From positions 81,718,001 through 81,782,000 of the forward strand of contig OZ076409.1 of the NCBI GenBank assembly GCA_964187785.1: a stretch of DNA of 64,000 nucleotides, written 5' to 3'. Of the stretch, positions 23,177 to 36,642 are shown piece by piece. The notes beneath the pieces were generated by a model. The model saw only the letters and a program-made list of their open reading frames with translations. It made no database searches and had not been told where the DNA came from. A program made the position numbers and the translations under genes. How positions within the stretch are numbered: the first letter of the stretch is position 1; every line of letters starts with the position of its first letter. Origin of the DNA: Amphiscolops sp. MND2022 (taxonomy: Eukaryota).

Positions 23177-25627
23177 TGCTTAATTTTAATACATAAAAAT
23201 ACCCTTCTATTGCCAATCAAACTTTTTCCTCCGAGACTTTTCGTAAATTGAATATATCATAAGATTTTCCCGCCATGGAAATTTTCGTTAGCCAAGTCGA
23301 CTGTCTTCAGCTTTTTGGTACCCTGGTATAGTTCAGTTCTTTGGAACATTTTCGATCTTTTGGATATAAAGTTGAGCATTGAAATATTATTCGAAAAACA
23401 GGGCTAAACTTTTCCCCTGAAATGTATTATGGGGAAAAATTAACAAAACAAATAGTTACCGTGAATAATTTTATAGAGAAGTCTCACGATGCCTAAATAG
23501 ATAAAAGGAAACTAAAAAGAGCAAAAACATGGAAATTTTTTTTAAAACTCACTCAATTCAGCGACCAAACAATTGATTACGTGTCACACTTTTTATTTGA
23601 CAACGTTGAAAATTTTCAAATATATAACCCTGGATGGAAAAAGAACTTTGAAAATTCTTGAAGAATTTCCGCGCGTGTTGTGGTGCATCGACATAGTTTG
23701 CGCTGAAAATAAGGCCAGAATCGAAAACAATCAGTTCAACTTGCATCTTGTGGCAACGTTTTTTGAAACAGGGATGTTATCTGCGATATTCAATTCTCTC
23801 ATAACTAGAATGAGCTTTCATACTTGTTTTGATGTGAATTGTAAAACCTCTAGTTGAATCAGCTTGAAACGGTTACTGAACCTTGAACCGTCATAGGCTG
23901 CATAGCACTTTTAGCATGATCGCAAGAGTTTCACAGACAGTCTTTAATGCTAAACATTGTCCTGATGCAATGGTATTGGTTCAGTCTCCCGCGGAATGTT
24001 TCCTAATCTTAGTGGGCGAAACCCCAATTTTTGCTAGCGCAGGCGCTAATTATTAAACAAAAACATTTTTACCTAATGCCAGTAGGCAATAAAACTCGTA
24101 AGACTCAGTGAGGTATTGCATTATTTTAGGAGGAGAAAAAAAAGGAAAAATTGAGAATTGACGTTTCATCTTTGTCGTTCTTTTCTTTACAATAACGTGG
24201 TACCTTGTAATAGAAAAAGTGGCCGTTTTGAAACGTATTTGAAATAAAATATGTGTTTTCACCGTTTTTGATTGTAGACATCAGAGAAAGAGTTTCACAA
24301 ATGTCACAGCCCGCTCCCGGCTGCTGTACTTACTGCCAGTACGGGATTCACAGGAGGATCTCCGGGCTTGGTCGAAGCCGACCAAAAGACTATTAATTTT
24401 CTTAAAGTTTTACTTACAATACATTCCACAGTGTTAGAATTTTTACATAACAAATAGCTAACGAAAACTTGACGTGAAATATTACTTTTGCATCTAAAAA
24501 ATCTACTATTGAACTTCCGGAACGACAACTTTATGATTTCACAATATTACACTTCTGGTTCTGTTTTTTGAACATTTTCTTAGCGATCAAAAAAAGAAAC
24601 CAACAAGAATTCAAAGACAAATTCATCCATTTGCTCATTCAATCGCAAAAGAAAACAAAACAAGACGCCCGCTGACCAGCAGGATATTTTCCGTTCAAAC
24701 TGTTCAAGCAATGACATATTTTTGAGACTCAAGAGTAGCCATTACACTATGAAAACGCTTAGAGGTTTGATGGAAAAAGGTTTGACACTTTTTGAATAAT
24801 GTTATGCCATTTCAGAAAGAAACACTTTAGGAAGACACCAAATACCTATTTGTTTATTTGTCAGATTGTTTGTAACCTAACTAGTGAAATCTTCTTTAAA
24901 CTTGCGTGAAGTTGCCAAAAATGTCAAAAATTGTTGATTTTTGCTTTTCGACAACATTGCGGTCATTTGAGGAACTTTTATAGGAAACTGTAGAAGTCTT
25001 TTCAAAAACGCTTTTTGGATAAGGGTCCACTCATTCTTGAATTACAAAGTTGCTCGAAACTTTTACCTAAAAGTAAGCTATGCAAAAAGTAAAACTTGGA
25101 GACTGATTGGTTAATTCTGAGATTTGGAACTTATACCCACGAAAACATTCAATAGCTGTACAAAAAACGTACAAAACTTGAAATTTCTTGCAAATTTGGT
25201 TTATTCAGGGGTATTCGGAAAAAAGTTAAATACCTACACAAATAATGATACACCTCTGTATCAAAAAGCTAAAGACACTTGATTTCAAATATCAAATCGC
25301 AATAAAATTGTACGTAAACAGGCACAAAAGCCATTGAAGCAAAACCTTAAACTTCAATCTGATTTTTGTGGGTAATTTTTTGTTTTGAAAGCAAAAACTC
25401 CGAATGGGAGTAGCTAAAAAAAGCTACGCTAATTTTTTACTTTTGGAGTTTTGGAGAATTTCTCATGCAACATTTCGAGAATCTCTGTTCTCAACAAAAC
25501 GTATTTGGGAAAAACTTTGTACCTTTGATTCCAATCTCTTTTGAATTTAAAACTTTTTCTGAAAACGCCCTCCTAAGGATATTACGCCGCAAAGCGATCA
25601 CAAAATGCGAAACCTTCAATTATTACT

Positions 25628-25890
25628 CCCGGGTTTCCCTCCCATACAAAAACAGGTCAATCATACTCTGCCATCATACTCACAGTATGATTCCAGGCTG
25701 ATCATACTTTGGACCATATATGATTCCAGGCCGATCATACTCTGGACCATATATGATTCCAGGCCGATCATACTCTGGACCATATATGATTCCAGGCCGA
25801 TCATGGCAAGATCATAGTAAGGAAATTAGTATGATTTCTATTGTGCCATAATATGGTCAGATTACGATCGGCCTGGTCGGGAAACCCGAG
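25628..25890. mobile_element. Second copy of the EnSpm-like MITE, carried by the 2.95-kb duplication
   Basis: Same TIRs, CT flanks and 33-bp repeats as 22675-22937. Confidence 0.7.
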
Positions 25891-28800
25891 CTCCATAAAA
25901 ATATTGTTTCGACAAAATTACAAGTGTTTTGGCAGTTTATTTTTTGAGGAACAATTTTCAGAAAAATTGTTAAATATAAAAATTGAAGAACAGTGCAACC
26001 GCTACAAAAAATAGATCATTTTGAGAACTTTTTGAACATTTTGAACTTCACTAAGCAAAATCTCACGAACATCGCAAGAAAAACTTGCTTCGAAGCAAGT
26101 TTTTTTCCGATGTTCGTGAGATTTTGCTTTGCTTCAATTTTATTACATAAAAATACCCTTCTATTGCCAATCAAACTTTTTCCTCCGAGATATTTCGTAA
26201 AATGAATATATCATAAGATTTTCCCGCCATAGAAATTTTCGTTAGCCAAGTCGACTGTCTTCCGCTTTTTGGTACTCTGGTATAGTTCAGTTCTTTGGAA
26301 CATTTTCGATCTTTTGGATATAAAGTTGAGCATTGAAATATTATTCAAAAAACAGGGCTAAACTTTTCCCCTGAAATGTATTATGGGGAAAATTAACAAA
26401 ACAAATAGTTACCGTGAATAATTTTATAGAGAAGTCTCACGATGCCTAAATAGATAAAAGGAAACTAAAAAGAGCAAAAACATGGAAGTTTTCTTCAAAA
26501 CTCACTCAATTCAGCAACCAAACGATTGATTACGTGTCACACTTTTTATTTGACAACGTTGAAAATTTTCAAAAATATAACCCTGGATTTCCGCGCGTGT
26601 TGTGGTGCATCGACATAGTTTGCGCTGAAAATAAGGCCAGAATCAAAAACAATCAGTTCAACTTGCATCTTGTGGCAACGTTTTTTGAAACAGGGATGTT
26701 ATCTGCGATATTCAATTCTCTCATAACTAGAATGAGCTTTCATACTTGTTTTGATGTGAATTGTAAAACCTCTAGTTGAATCAGCTTGAAACGGTTACTG
26801 AACCTTGAACCGTCATAGGCTGCATAGCACTTTTAGCATGATCGCAAGAGTTTCACAGACAGTCTTTAATGCTAAACATTGTCCTGATGCAATGGTATTG
26901 GTTCAGTCTCCCGCGGAATGTTTCCTAATCTTAGTGGGCGAAACCCCAATTTTTGCTAGCGCAGGCGCTAATTATTCAACAAAAACATTTTTACATAATG
27001 CCAGTAGGCAATAAAACTCGTAAGACTCAGTGAGGTATTGCATTATTTTAGGAGGAGAAAAAAAGGAAAAAGTGAGAATTGACGTTTCATCTTTGTCGTT
27101 CTTTTCTTTACAATAACGTGGTACCTTGTAATAGAAAAAGTGGCCGTTTTGAAACGTATTTGAAATAAAATATGTGTTTTCACCGTTTTTGATTGTAGAC
27201 ATCGGAGAAAGAGTTTCACAAATGTCACAGCCCGCTCCCGGCTTCTGTACTTACTGCCAGTACGGGATTCACAGGAGGATCTCCGGTGTTGGTCGAAGCC
27301 GACCAAAAGACTATTAATTTTGTTAAAGTTTTACTTACAATACATTCCACAGTGTTAGAATTTTTACATACCAAATAGCTAACGAAAACTTGACGTGAAA
27401 TATTACTTTTGCATCTAAAAAAATCTACTATTGAACTTCCGGAACAACAACTTTATGATTTCACAATATTACACTTCTGGTTCTGATTTTTGAACATTTT
27501 CTTAGCGATCAGAAGAAGAAACCAACAAGAATTCAGAGACAATTTCATCCATTTGCACATTCAATCGCAAAAGAAAACAAAACAAGACGCCCGCTGACCA
27601 GCAGGATTTTTTCCGTTCAAACTGTTCAAGCAATGACATATTTTTGAGACTCAAGAGTAGCCATTACACTATGAAAACGCTTAGAGGTTTGATGGAAAAA
27701 GGTTTGACACTTTTTGAATAATGTTATGCCATTTCAGAAAGAAACACTTTAGGAAGACACCAAATACCTATTTGTTTATTTGTCAGATTGTTTGTAACCT
27801 AACTAATGAAATCTTCTTTAAACTTGCGTGAAGTTGCCAAAAATGTCAAACATTGTAGATTTTTGCTTTTCGACAACATTGCGGTCTATTGAGGAACTTT
27901 TATAGGAAACTGTAGAAGTGTTTTCAAAAACGCTTTTTGGATAACGGGTCCACTCATTCTTGAATTACAAAGTTGCTCGAAACGTTTACATAAAAATATA
28001 TCAACATTCCAAAAACAAAAAAAGCGGATTTTCCCTAAAGTTCGAAACATTCTGATGAATTTTTTGCATAAACAATTGTAGATTTCTTTTTTGGACATTC
28101 AATTCTGCATGCCTACTCAAACAATTTAGACTTTTAGAATTTTACGAAATTTTGGTAACTTTCAATAGAAATTCACTAATTTGTCAAACATCTGCCAAAA
28201 CTTTTTTCGACTATTTTGGGGTCATTTTGAAGCTCTTTTCCAACGTGAAACTGCAATTCACCTGCAAAAAGCCTACTGAACAACGCATTCGTTCACGTTT
28301 GAGGGTTTTTCTTCTTCCAATGATGGAAACTTCTCAAAAAATTCGAAACTTTGCATAAGGAACGTTGAATTCAGACTTTTTATATCGGACTAATCAGGGC
28401 AACTTTTGAAGTACTTTTGAAGCAAACTACTGCAACTCTCTTCAAAATAGCATACTGCATAGCTAGTTTCATCGTTTTTGAGTGTTTTGTACTTTCTTGG
28501 GCACAGAAATTTTCAAAAATTGAACACAAACTGCAGGAAAAACGACAAGCTTGAAAAAATTCTGATGTAAAACACTAATTTTTTTCATCTGGAAGGAAAC
28601 TACATCCTTGATTCTATCATTTTAGAGAGTTTTGAACCATCTAATTTACCAATATTCTCAAAAATGATACTCAAACACAATGAAAAACCTACATAAACTG
28701 GAATTTTTAGGACTTTTTGTCACTTTTTGTGTTAAATAAAAGCCTAATTTTTTATCAGAAACTGTCACATATCCCATCAAAAAGCCTACAGGAGAACGCC

Positions 28801-29020
28801 TTCAGTTGTTGTTGAACCGTTTCAGAATTTTGATCCACGAAAAAGTTGGAGTTTTTACAAAAGTTGCGTTGGAAAATACAAAAATGTAAAAAAAATAAGA
28901 TTTGTTGACTATTTCGTGGTCCTTGTTGCAAGTTTTTTAAACAATTGCATTTATCTCTGCAAACAACCCTATTGGACAACGAAATCATTCGCTGTTGATC
29001 CTATTCAACGTTTTGATCCC

Positions 29021-31650
29021 CGAAATCTCTAGAAATTTGACAAAAGTTGTATAAAAAGGTGAAAAATTGGTACATTTTGATGTTTCCGTCATTTTTGGTC
29101 GCAAGTTGTGCGTTTTTTTTTCAGTAGGACACTTTGTCTACTTCTTAACAAAACCCTCTCTGACAACGAATTTGTTCCTTGTTGAACACCTTTAGTTTTT
29201 AAGCCACCAAGTTTTTTGACAAGTACACAAAAACTGCATAAATTTTTCAAAAACCTAATTTTTTTGTATTTTTGTCATTTTCGGTCTAAATTTGATGCAT
29301 TTTTCCAAAACAAATGGCTTTTACCTCTTCAAAAAAGCCAGCGGACAACTAAGTGTTGCCTCGTTGAATGTCTGTAAGATTCTAAACCACCACATTTTTA
29401 GAAAAACACACAAAAATTGAATAAAATTTTCAAAAGTCCGAACTTTCAGTTTTTTTGTCAATTTTGGTGTGAATTTGATGCATTTATCCAGCCCAAATTG
29501 CTTTTACCTCTTCAAAAAAGACCCGCACAACGAATTGTTTCCTTGTTGATCGTCTGTGGGGTTCAAAGCCACTAAGTCTTTGAAAAAATACACAAAAAAT
29601 GAAAATAATTTTCAAAAATCTGTGTTTTCAAGTTTCGTTTTCAATTTTGGTGTGAACTTGATGCATTTTTTTAGCAAAAATTGCTTTTATATCTTCAAAG
29701 AAGCCTCTCGGGCAACAAATTTTTTCCTGCTCGAACGTCCTTGACATTCTAAGCCACCAAGTTTGTCGAAAAGTACACAAAAACTGCATAAAATTTTCAA
29801 AAATCTGAACTTTTTAGTTTTTTTGTCAATTTTGGTGTGAATTTGATGAAAATTTCCAGCACAAATTGCTTTTACCTCTTCAAAAAAGCCCTCCGCACAT
29901 AAAATTGTTTCCTTGTTGAACGTCTTTGACATTCTAAGCCACCAAGTTTTTCAAAAAAAAGACAAGAATTGCATAAAATTTTCAAAAATCTGATGTTTCT
30001 GGGATTTTTGTCATTTTCGGTCTGAATTTGAGGCATTTTTACAAATCAACTTGCATTTATAACTTCGATGACGCCTTTTGGACAACAAAATCTCTCCTTG
30101 TTGAATGTTTTTTACTTTCTAAACTAGCAAGTTTATCAAAAATTTGACGAAAATTGCATAAAAACGGTAATAACTCGAATTTTTTGGAAGTTTCTTCAAT
30201 TTCGATCGCAATTTGAGGCATTTTTTCCTTATAAAGTTGCATTTATTTCTTTGAAAAAGCCTCTTGGATAACAAAATTTTTCTCTTTCAACATTCAAAGC
30301 CACGAATCGACAATTTGACAAAAATTGCATCCACGAAATCTCTAGAATTTTGACAAAAGTTGCAAAAAAAGGTGAAAAATTAGTAGATTTTGATGTTTCC
30401 GTCATTTTTGGTCGCAATATGTGCGTTTTTTCTCAATAGGAAACTTTGTCTACTTCTTAACAAAATCCTCTCTGACAACGAATTTGTTCCTTGTTGAACA
30501 CCTTTAATTTTTTAAGCCACCAAGTTTTTCGAAAGTACACAAAAACTGCACAAAATTTTCAAAAACCTGATTTTTTTGGTATTTTCGTTAATTTCGGTCT
30601 GAATTTGATGCAATTTTCCAGAACAAAGTGGTTTTATCTCTTCAAAAAAGCCAGCGGACAACAAAGTGTTGCCTCGTTGAATGTCTGTAAGGTTCTAAAC
30701 CACCACATTTTTAGAAAAACACACAAAAATTGAATAAAATTTTCAAAAATCCGAACTTTCAGTTTTTTGTCAATTTTGGTGTGAATTTGATGCATTTATC
30801 CAGCCCAAATTGCTTTTACCTGTTCAAAAAAGACCCGCACAACGAATTGTTTCCTTGTTGATCGTCTGTGGGGTTCAAAGCCACTAAGTCTTTGGAAAAA
30901 TACACAAAAAATGAATATAATTTTCAAAAATCTGTATTTTCAAGTTTCGTTTTCAATTTTGGTGTAAACTTGATGCATTTTTTCTAGCAGAAATTGCTTT
31001 TATATCTTCAAAAAAGTCTCTCGGGCAACGAATTTTTTTTCCTGCTCGAACGTCTTTGACTTTCTAAGCCACCGAGTTTTTCGAAAAGTACACAAAAACT
31101 GCATACAAATTTCATAAATCTTAACTTTTTAGTTTTTTTGTCAGTTTTGGTGTGAATTTGATGCATATTTCCAGTACAAATTGCTTTTACCTCTTCAAAA
31201 AAGCCCTCCGCACAACAAATTGTTTCCTTGTTGAACGTCTTTGACATTCTAAGCCACCAAGTTTTTCAAAAAATAGACAAGAATTGCATAAAATTTTCAA
31301 AAATCTGATGTTTCTGGGATTTTTGTCATTTTCGGTCTGAATTTGAGGCATTTTTACAAATCAACTTGCATTTATAACTTCGACGACGCCTCTTGGACAA
31401 CAAAATCTCTCCTTGTTGAATGTTTTTTACTTTCTAAGCTAGCAAGTTTATCAAAAATTTGACAAAAATTGTATAAAAACGGTAATAATCCGAACTTTTT
31501 GGAAGTTTTTTCATTTTCGATAGCAATTTGAGGCATTTTTTCTTTATAAAGTTGCATTTATTTCTTTGAAAAAGCCTCTTGGATAACGAAATTTTTATCT
31601 TTCAACTTTCAAAGCCACAAAATCTATCGAAAATTTGACAAAAATTGCAT
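29021..31650. repeat. Satellite of ~183-bp monomers organised as a ~1313-bp (about 7-mer) higher-order repeat x2
   Basis: Motif ccttgttgaa...aagccaccaagttttt recurs at about 29178, 29360, 29541, 29726, 29910, 30096, 30280. cgaaatctctagaa at 29021 and 30334 marks the higher-order period. More degenerate monomers appear to extend back toward ~28000. Confidence 0.9.
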
Positions 31651-32596
31651 AAATCGGTAAAAATCGGATAATTTTGCAGTTTTCACCTTTTTTTGGGTCA
31701 TTTTTTGGGTCATTTTGGGGTCTTTGGGGTCAACCAAAAAATTCCAAAAATCTCCACAAATACATACCGCATGATGCTAGTTTTGCTTCAGCTGAATTCT
31801 ATGGGTGAAACCCTTTATCTTTGATATAAATAAATTCTTGGCAAATTTTGTAAAAGAAACCCGTTTGATTTAAATATTCTCCTTTTCCATATGAAATATG
31901 GACGGAAAATAACAATATTCAATCCGTAACTCTAACGGAGAGTATAGAACCTGAAACAACTATATAAACCAAGTACTTAAAAGAGTACAATAGACTTGTT
32001 TTGGAGCGATCGTTAACTTTGCTAAGATTACAATTATGTAATCTAAGCAAATATTCAAAACGCAATGGCAGCGTCTTACCCCAATATCAATTTTCAAAAT
32101 AGTTTCCTCAACGGACCAATAACGTTGTAGCTACGGCAGTATGTATGCGCTCAAGGAATGATTTTACCAAAAAGAATGATTTTCGTGACGACATCTGTAA
32201 GAGAACTGGATTGATTTCCGAGCTTGCTGTAATCCCTCTGTCAACCTTTGGTCAATTATAGCAAATCTTAACAGACACATTGACAGTACGTCGCAATTGT
32301 AAAACTGTCTCTCTTAAGGCGAGGATTTAAACACTAAATGAAAGGAAGTTTATAGGAAATGATGAAGTCCATGAGATTTGTAACAAGGATCATATTTAAC
32401 TTAAGTAGGCTGTATTGAAAGGTGAAATGTGAAACTACCACTGATTAATTGAGTGTGTCGTTCCTTCCACATATAAAGTATGCAGTTTTTTCTGATTTTT
32501 TAAACAAAACCACAGTGCTATGTGAAAAAACACGTTAACAATACGTCGCCCTTTCAGATTTGAGTATACTATATCTCCAGTTCTTCTCATATCATG

Positions 32597-33138
32597 AACA
32601 AGCCGTGGTAGGCCCAAGTCGGCTCCATATCTAAGGCTCAGAAATAGCAAAAGTAAATAAAAGTGTCAAGTATTTTCTTCTACAGTACCCAAATGAGGAA
32701 AAAAATTCATTTTTTTCAAAAGTTTTTTGAAGTCTCCAGTAAGTCGCATAGTGCCGAAAAATGTAACAAAGGGACCCTTTGGGATTTTTTGAACATCCAC
32801 TCTGATGCAAAATAGAAAAAATGAAGGATGGGGGCGTTTGGAGACATATAAAAAAATTGCAAAAAAGTCCCATCAAGCAAGAATAACATGCACAAAAAAC
32901 GTTTGGTCAAGTGCGAGACTCGAAACCACGTCCTTCTGCTTGGCAGACCTCGAAAAATCCTATTTAACGTCTATGCCCAGTGCCAGTAGAAGTAGCAGTT
33001 TAGTGTGGCAGTTAGCGTTAGTGGGAGCCAGCTTATAAAGCTTACAAAATCGGCCACTTCGTTTGTCTTTAAAATAATGAAAAAAGGAAAGTCACTGCTA
33101 TAGTCGTAGCGTTTTCTACAATTAGCGCAGACTAAAAA
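32597..33138 (-). mobile_element. HINE family A copy with tRNA-like insert
   Basis: acaagccgtggtaggcccaagtcggc...tatagtcgtagcgttttctacaattagcgcagactaaaaa. A B-box-like segment lies on the minus strand at ~32905-32950. Confidence 0.75.
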
Positions 33139-33164
33139 TACGATGTACGGTTAACGTTAACAAA

Positions 33165-33664
33165 TGTAAGGAAAACTATCAGAGGTGAAAATTTCCGTCA
33201 CCCAATGAAATACAGTGCCAGTGTCCTCTTTTGAAACTGCAAGCAAAAACTGTTCTTGCGTTGTTAAAACATCTCCTGCAAATTCCAATTATTGCGAACC
33301 GTTAGTTTTGAACAAAATGACCACAGGAACCCAGAAAAGAAAAGCAGTGGAGCAACTATTTTCAGGCGAGTTTGAGCTTCCTAGCACCAGCAAATCACCC
33401 AGGCTCAACTCTGTGAACTTTGACGAGATTAAAACGTCACTTATGAGAGAAATATTTAGGTCTGACCTAACAAAAATACTAGCCGAAAACTAAAAGAAGA
33501 TGCTAAAACTAATCACCTCTAACACAAAGAAAGCTCCCGAGATTCAAGTTGTAGAAAACTCTGATTCTGAAGAAAAACAAACGTTTTTGCTACGCCTACT
33601 TCAACCCCCATAAAATCTAAAATGGCTGCTCGGAGCAACACTCCGTTAGTTAGTCGTATTAACA
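33165..33664 (+). mobile_element. Possible LTR / gag-N-terminus remnant
   Basis: TG...CA-bounded stretch with a broken ORF (MTTGTQKRKAVEQLFSGEF...EIKTSLMREI...LTKILAEN*KKMLKLI) similar in style to the LTR ORF at 37222. No convincing TSD. Confidence 0.35.
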
Positions 33665-33934
33665 AAAATGATTTTTCGAAAATAAACTGATCGCAAAACA
33701 AAACAAACAATTCTAATTTTTGCCGACATCTAACGGAAGCGAGAGAAATTTTAGGTGAGCAAAACGTCCTGGCGAGCAAGAATAACTAAGAAATAGCGTC
33801 TGAAAATATTCTAAAAACGTTATTCCTCCAGACGAAACCCTTTTAGAAGTTATTCCTTGAAAGATATTCGGTCCCCTAGAAATTTCTTGATGCTCCGTAC
33901 AAATCCCGTCAAAATATGTGCCTTCTGCGTTGTT

Positions 33935-34446
33935 TCTCTTTATATATATTTTTCGAAATATCTGTTAGATCTTAGACGTTAGATCCTTTCCCGAAACTAT
34001 TCAAGGGTTTATTTCTTAAACGATATTTGCGACCATACCGATCACTATATCAATTTTCCCAGAAAAAACACCGAAAGATCTTGTACAATTTTCAAAACAT
34101 TGAACTTTAGACGTCATCAATCTGATTGGTCATCATTTGGGCTGAGGGTTGCATTAAGAAGTTGTTCGGTAATTCCCTTGAATAGTTCCGACCAGTCAAA
34201 AAAAAACAATTCAGCAATCCCACTGTAGCAGTTTTTGCTTTTCTTTAAGATTACCTGTTGTTAAACATTGTTTGCAGCATTATTGATTGTTTCTTTTTGT
34301 CTCAGGTCCTTAACGGAAAGAACGCGTGTGAATCAAATGACGTTAACAAAGCTGTGGTGCTGATTTCCATGTGTAAAGCCCAAGAATACCGTACCGTGAA
34401 TCGAAGTTAGACGCTGGTGTATTCTACCTATTCACTCAGCAGAGTT
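33935..34446. repeat. Dispersed repeat, also present in each unit of the 1.97-kb array (~51475-51987 etc.)
   Basis: tatctgttagatcttagacgtt...ctattcactcagcagagtt is shared. Confidence 0.88.
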
Positions 34447-36642
34447 ATGGAACTGAATGCTTAATTAAGTCTTCTTGTACATAGCAATAATTATGTTCTC
34501 GTTTTTCTCATATCATTCTCAATTGAAAGATTTTTTTGCAATTTTTTGGCTAAAATGGACAATTTAGGCTTAGCAGCACTGTTTTTGAAGGCTCACAGTT
34601 AAAGAGGACTATAAATGTGTGATAAATTCAGGCTTGCAAAACAGTTTTCCAGGAAAAAATTGCAGGCTGGCATAGATTTTTTTCAAATGTTCTTCAGACT
34701 GCTTGGATTTTTTATAAAACTTTTTCATGCAGAGTCCCTGAATTTTCTGTTTTTTAGTCGGCGCTTTTCAGAAGTAGCTTTTTCTTTCGAATTTTCAAAA
34801 ACTTTGCTTTTTTGAACCTTGATTGGGGTACCGACTTGGGGGCTGTTCGTGGCTTCATTTAGTTTAACATACATGTTTCAATGCTACATGTAAAAAAGTT
34901 CTTTGCGTTTCGACTAGGTTTGTTTTGGGGGTATCTCAGAACATGGTGGTACTATACTGGTATTGCATATTTTCGACATATATAGACATAGTATACTGTG
35001 TTCGATAATAGCAATCCTGTTTTATTGCTTCTAATGTTGTAGTTATTATAACAACATCTAAAACGTCCATTGGAGATTACTTGTCTAAAAACGTCTAAAA
35101 ATTACTTGAACTTACACAAACATTGAATAGACAGAAAACTGATTGAAAGGAATACGTCTTCATTTCGTCTAATCTTCAGAAAAACTCAAATTCCTTGAAC
35201 GTCCACATTTAGAGTGACACATTTAACCCGTGACGCTGGAAAGGTTTAGCGGGGCATGTGGGGAAACTGTAACATCAACTTCGATTCAAAAACTGCTAAG
35301 GAAGCGTTCCAAATAACTGGACACTTATTGCCAGATAATTAATTAAGTTAATTAGTTAATTAGCTCTGCTCTCTGTTAATTCATACTTTGAACTTTTGTC
35401 CTCGTTCACTCCAGTCTTATTTCGATAGAACTAGTCGTTGCGCTCATGCAAACATGAAATAATAATCGAGTAACACAGTTTACACATTTTAGTTTGAGAA
35501 TTTCCTATTTAGAGCTTTTCTTCGAGTAGTGCTGAAAGCTTAATTGACCATTTTTAGTCAGCAGTTTTTGAAATCAAACACTATTTTTGGTATCTTTTCG
35601 CATGGTTTTTCAATCCGTTCGAAGTGACCAAAATGTGCAACAAACGATCTATAACGTGCCTAACATCTAACCAAAATGATTCAAACTGTTCTCTCTTTCG
35701 TTTTTGACATTTTCATCGCAATTTTAAAGCGTATGTGAGTTTTTTCGAGAAAAAAAAACTTTTCTTTTGAAATATCTTTTTGGTGTTTTGACATTTTCAG
35801 TTGGGAAAAATCCTTTTCAAGAAAGGATATTTTTCGGCAGTGTGAGAATTTGAGAGAGTCTCCACAAACTTGACGATTTGCTGTACTTTGCGCTTTTTGA
35901 GCCTTAAGCGGGCGGGTGAAGAGTCGTGGCTTTCCCGACTTGTCTTTCATATAATTGATTTGATATCTTTTGATAAAAAGCTGCGTTCATTTCTCCATTA
36001 TTTGTAGTTTAGGAAAGAACAGTTTCCTCAAGTTTCAAGCTTTTTTATTTTAATTTGCTCGAATGTTTTTGATAAAAATACTGAAATAATCTGATAAAAA
36101 ATGTCGAAACCACTTTGGAAACAATGTTTTGAAATTAGAAACTATGCGGAACTATCACCTTTTAGTTTTGCACTCAACGTCATGGATTTCTCTAATAACC
36201 GTTTCAAGCCAATCAAACTTAGGTTGAATTAGCATTTAATTTAACAAAACATAGTTGGAGTCAGCGGAATTTTATTCTGGATTCAAATTAATTTCAAGCA
36301 ACTAGAACTTTATGACTGTCTAAAAATAGTCTGAATATGTTACAAACCCAAACATTTGCAGAGAATACATTTTCAACAAGTATTCACTAAAGTCCTTTTG
36401 AAGAGTTACTCCAGGGGAGCAACAGAAACGCCGGTAATTTATCTATATTTCTTCGAATAAATATGGCTTTTGCATCAATGCTGAACAAAAACATCCAGAA
36501 AAAGATCGTCTTTGAAAAAAAAACATTTGTGAAGATGGGACTGCCTGTTATTCAATAAAATTTTGGTTCAGAACAAACGTTGAAAATTACAACACATTTT
36601 ACAAATGCGTCAATGACTCAAAAGACTCGGAGTTTCGAAAAT

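Larger units (their letters stand above)
22127..27995. repeat. Tandem duplication, unit ~2.95 kb, 2 copies (22127-25077, 25078-27995)
   Basis: ctatgcaaaaagtaaaacttggagactg at 22127 and 25078. Collinear high identity throughout; copy 2 has a short deletion near 26586. Confidence 0.97.

Noticed and set aside
24309..24390. U1 snRNA or spliced-leader RNA (gtacttactg / gtaagt)
   Set aside because: Only a few bases resemble the U1 5' end; no matching stem-loops or clear Sm site.
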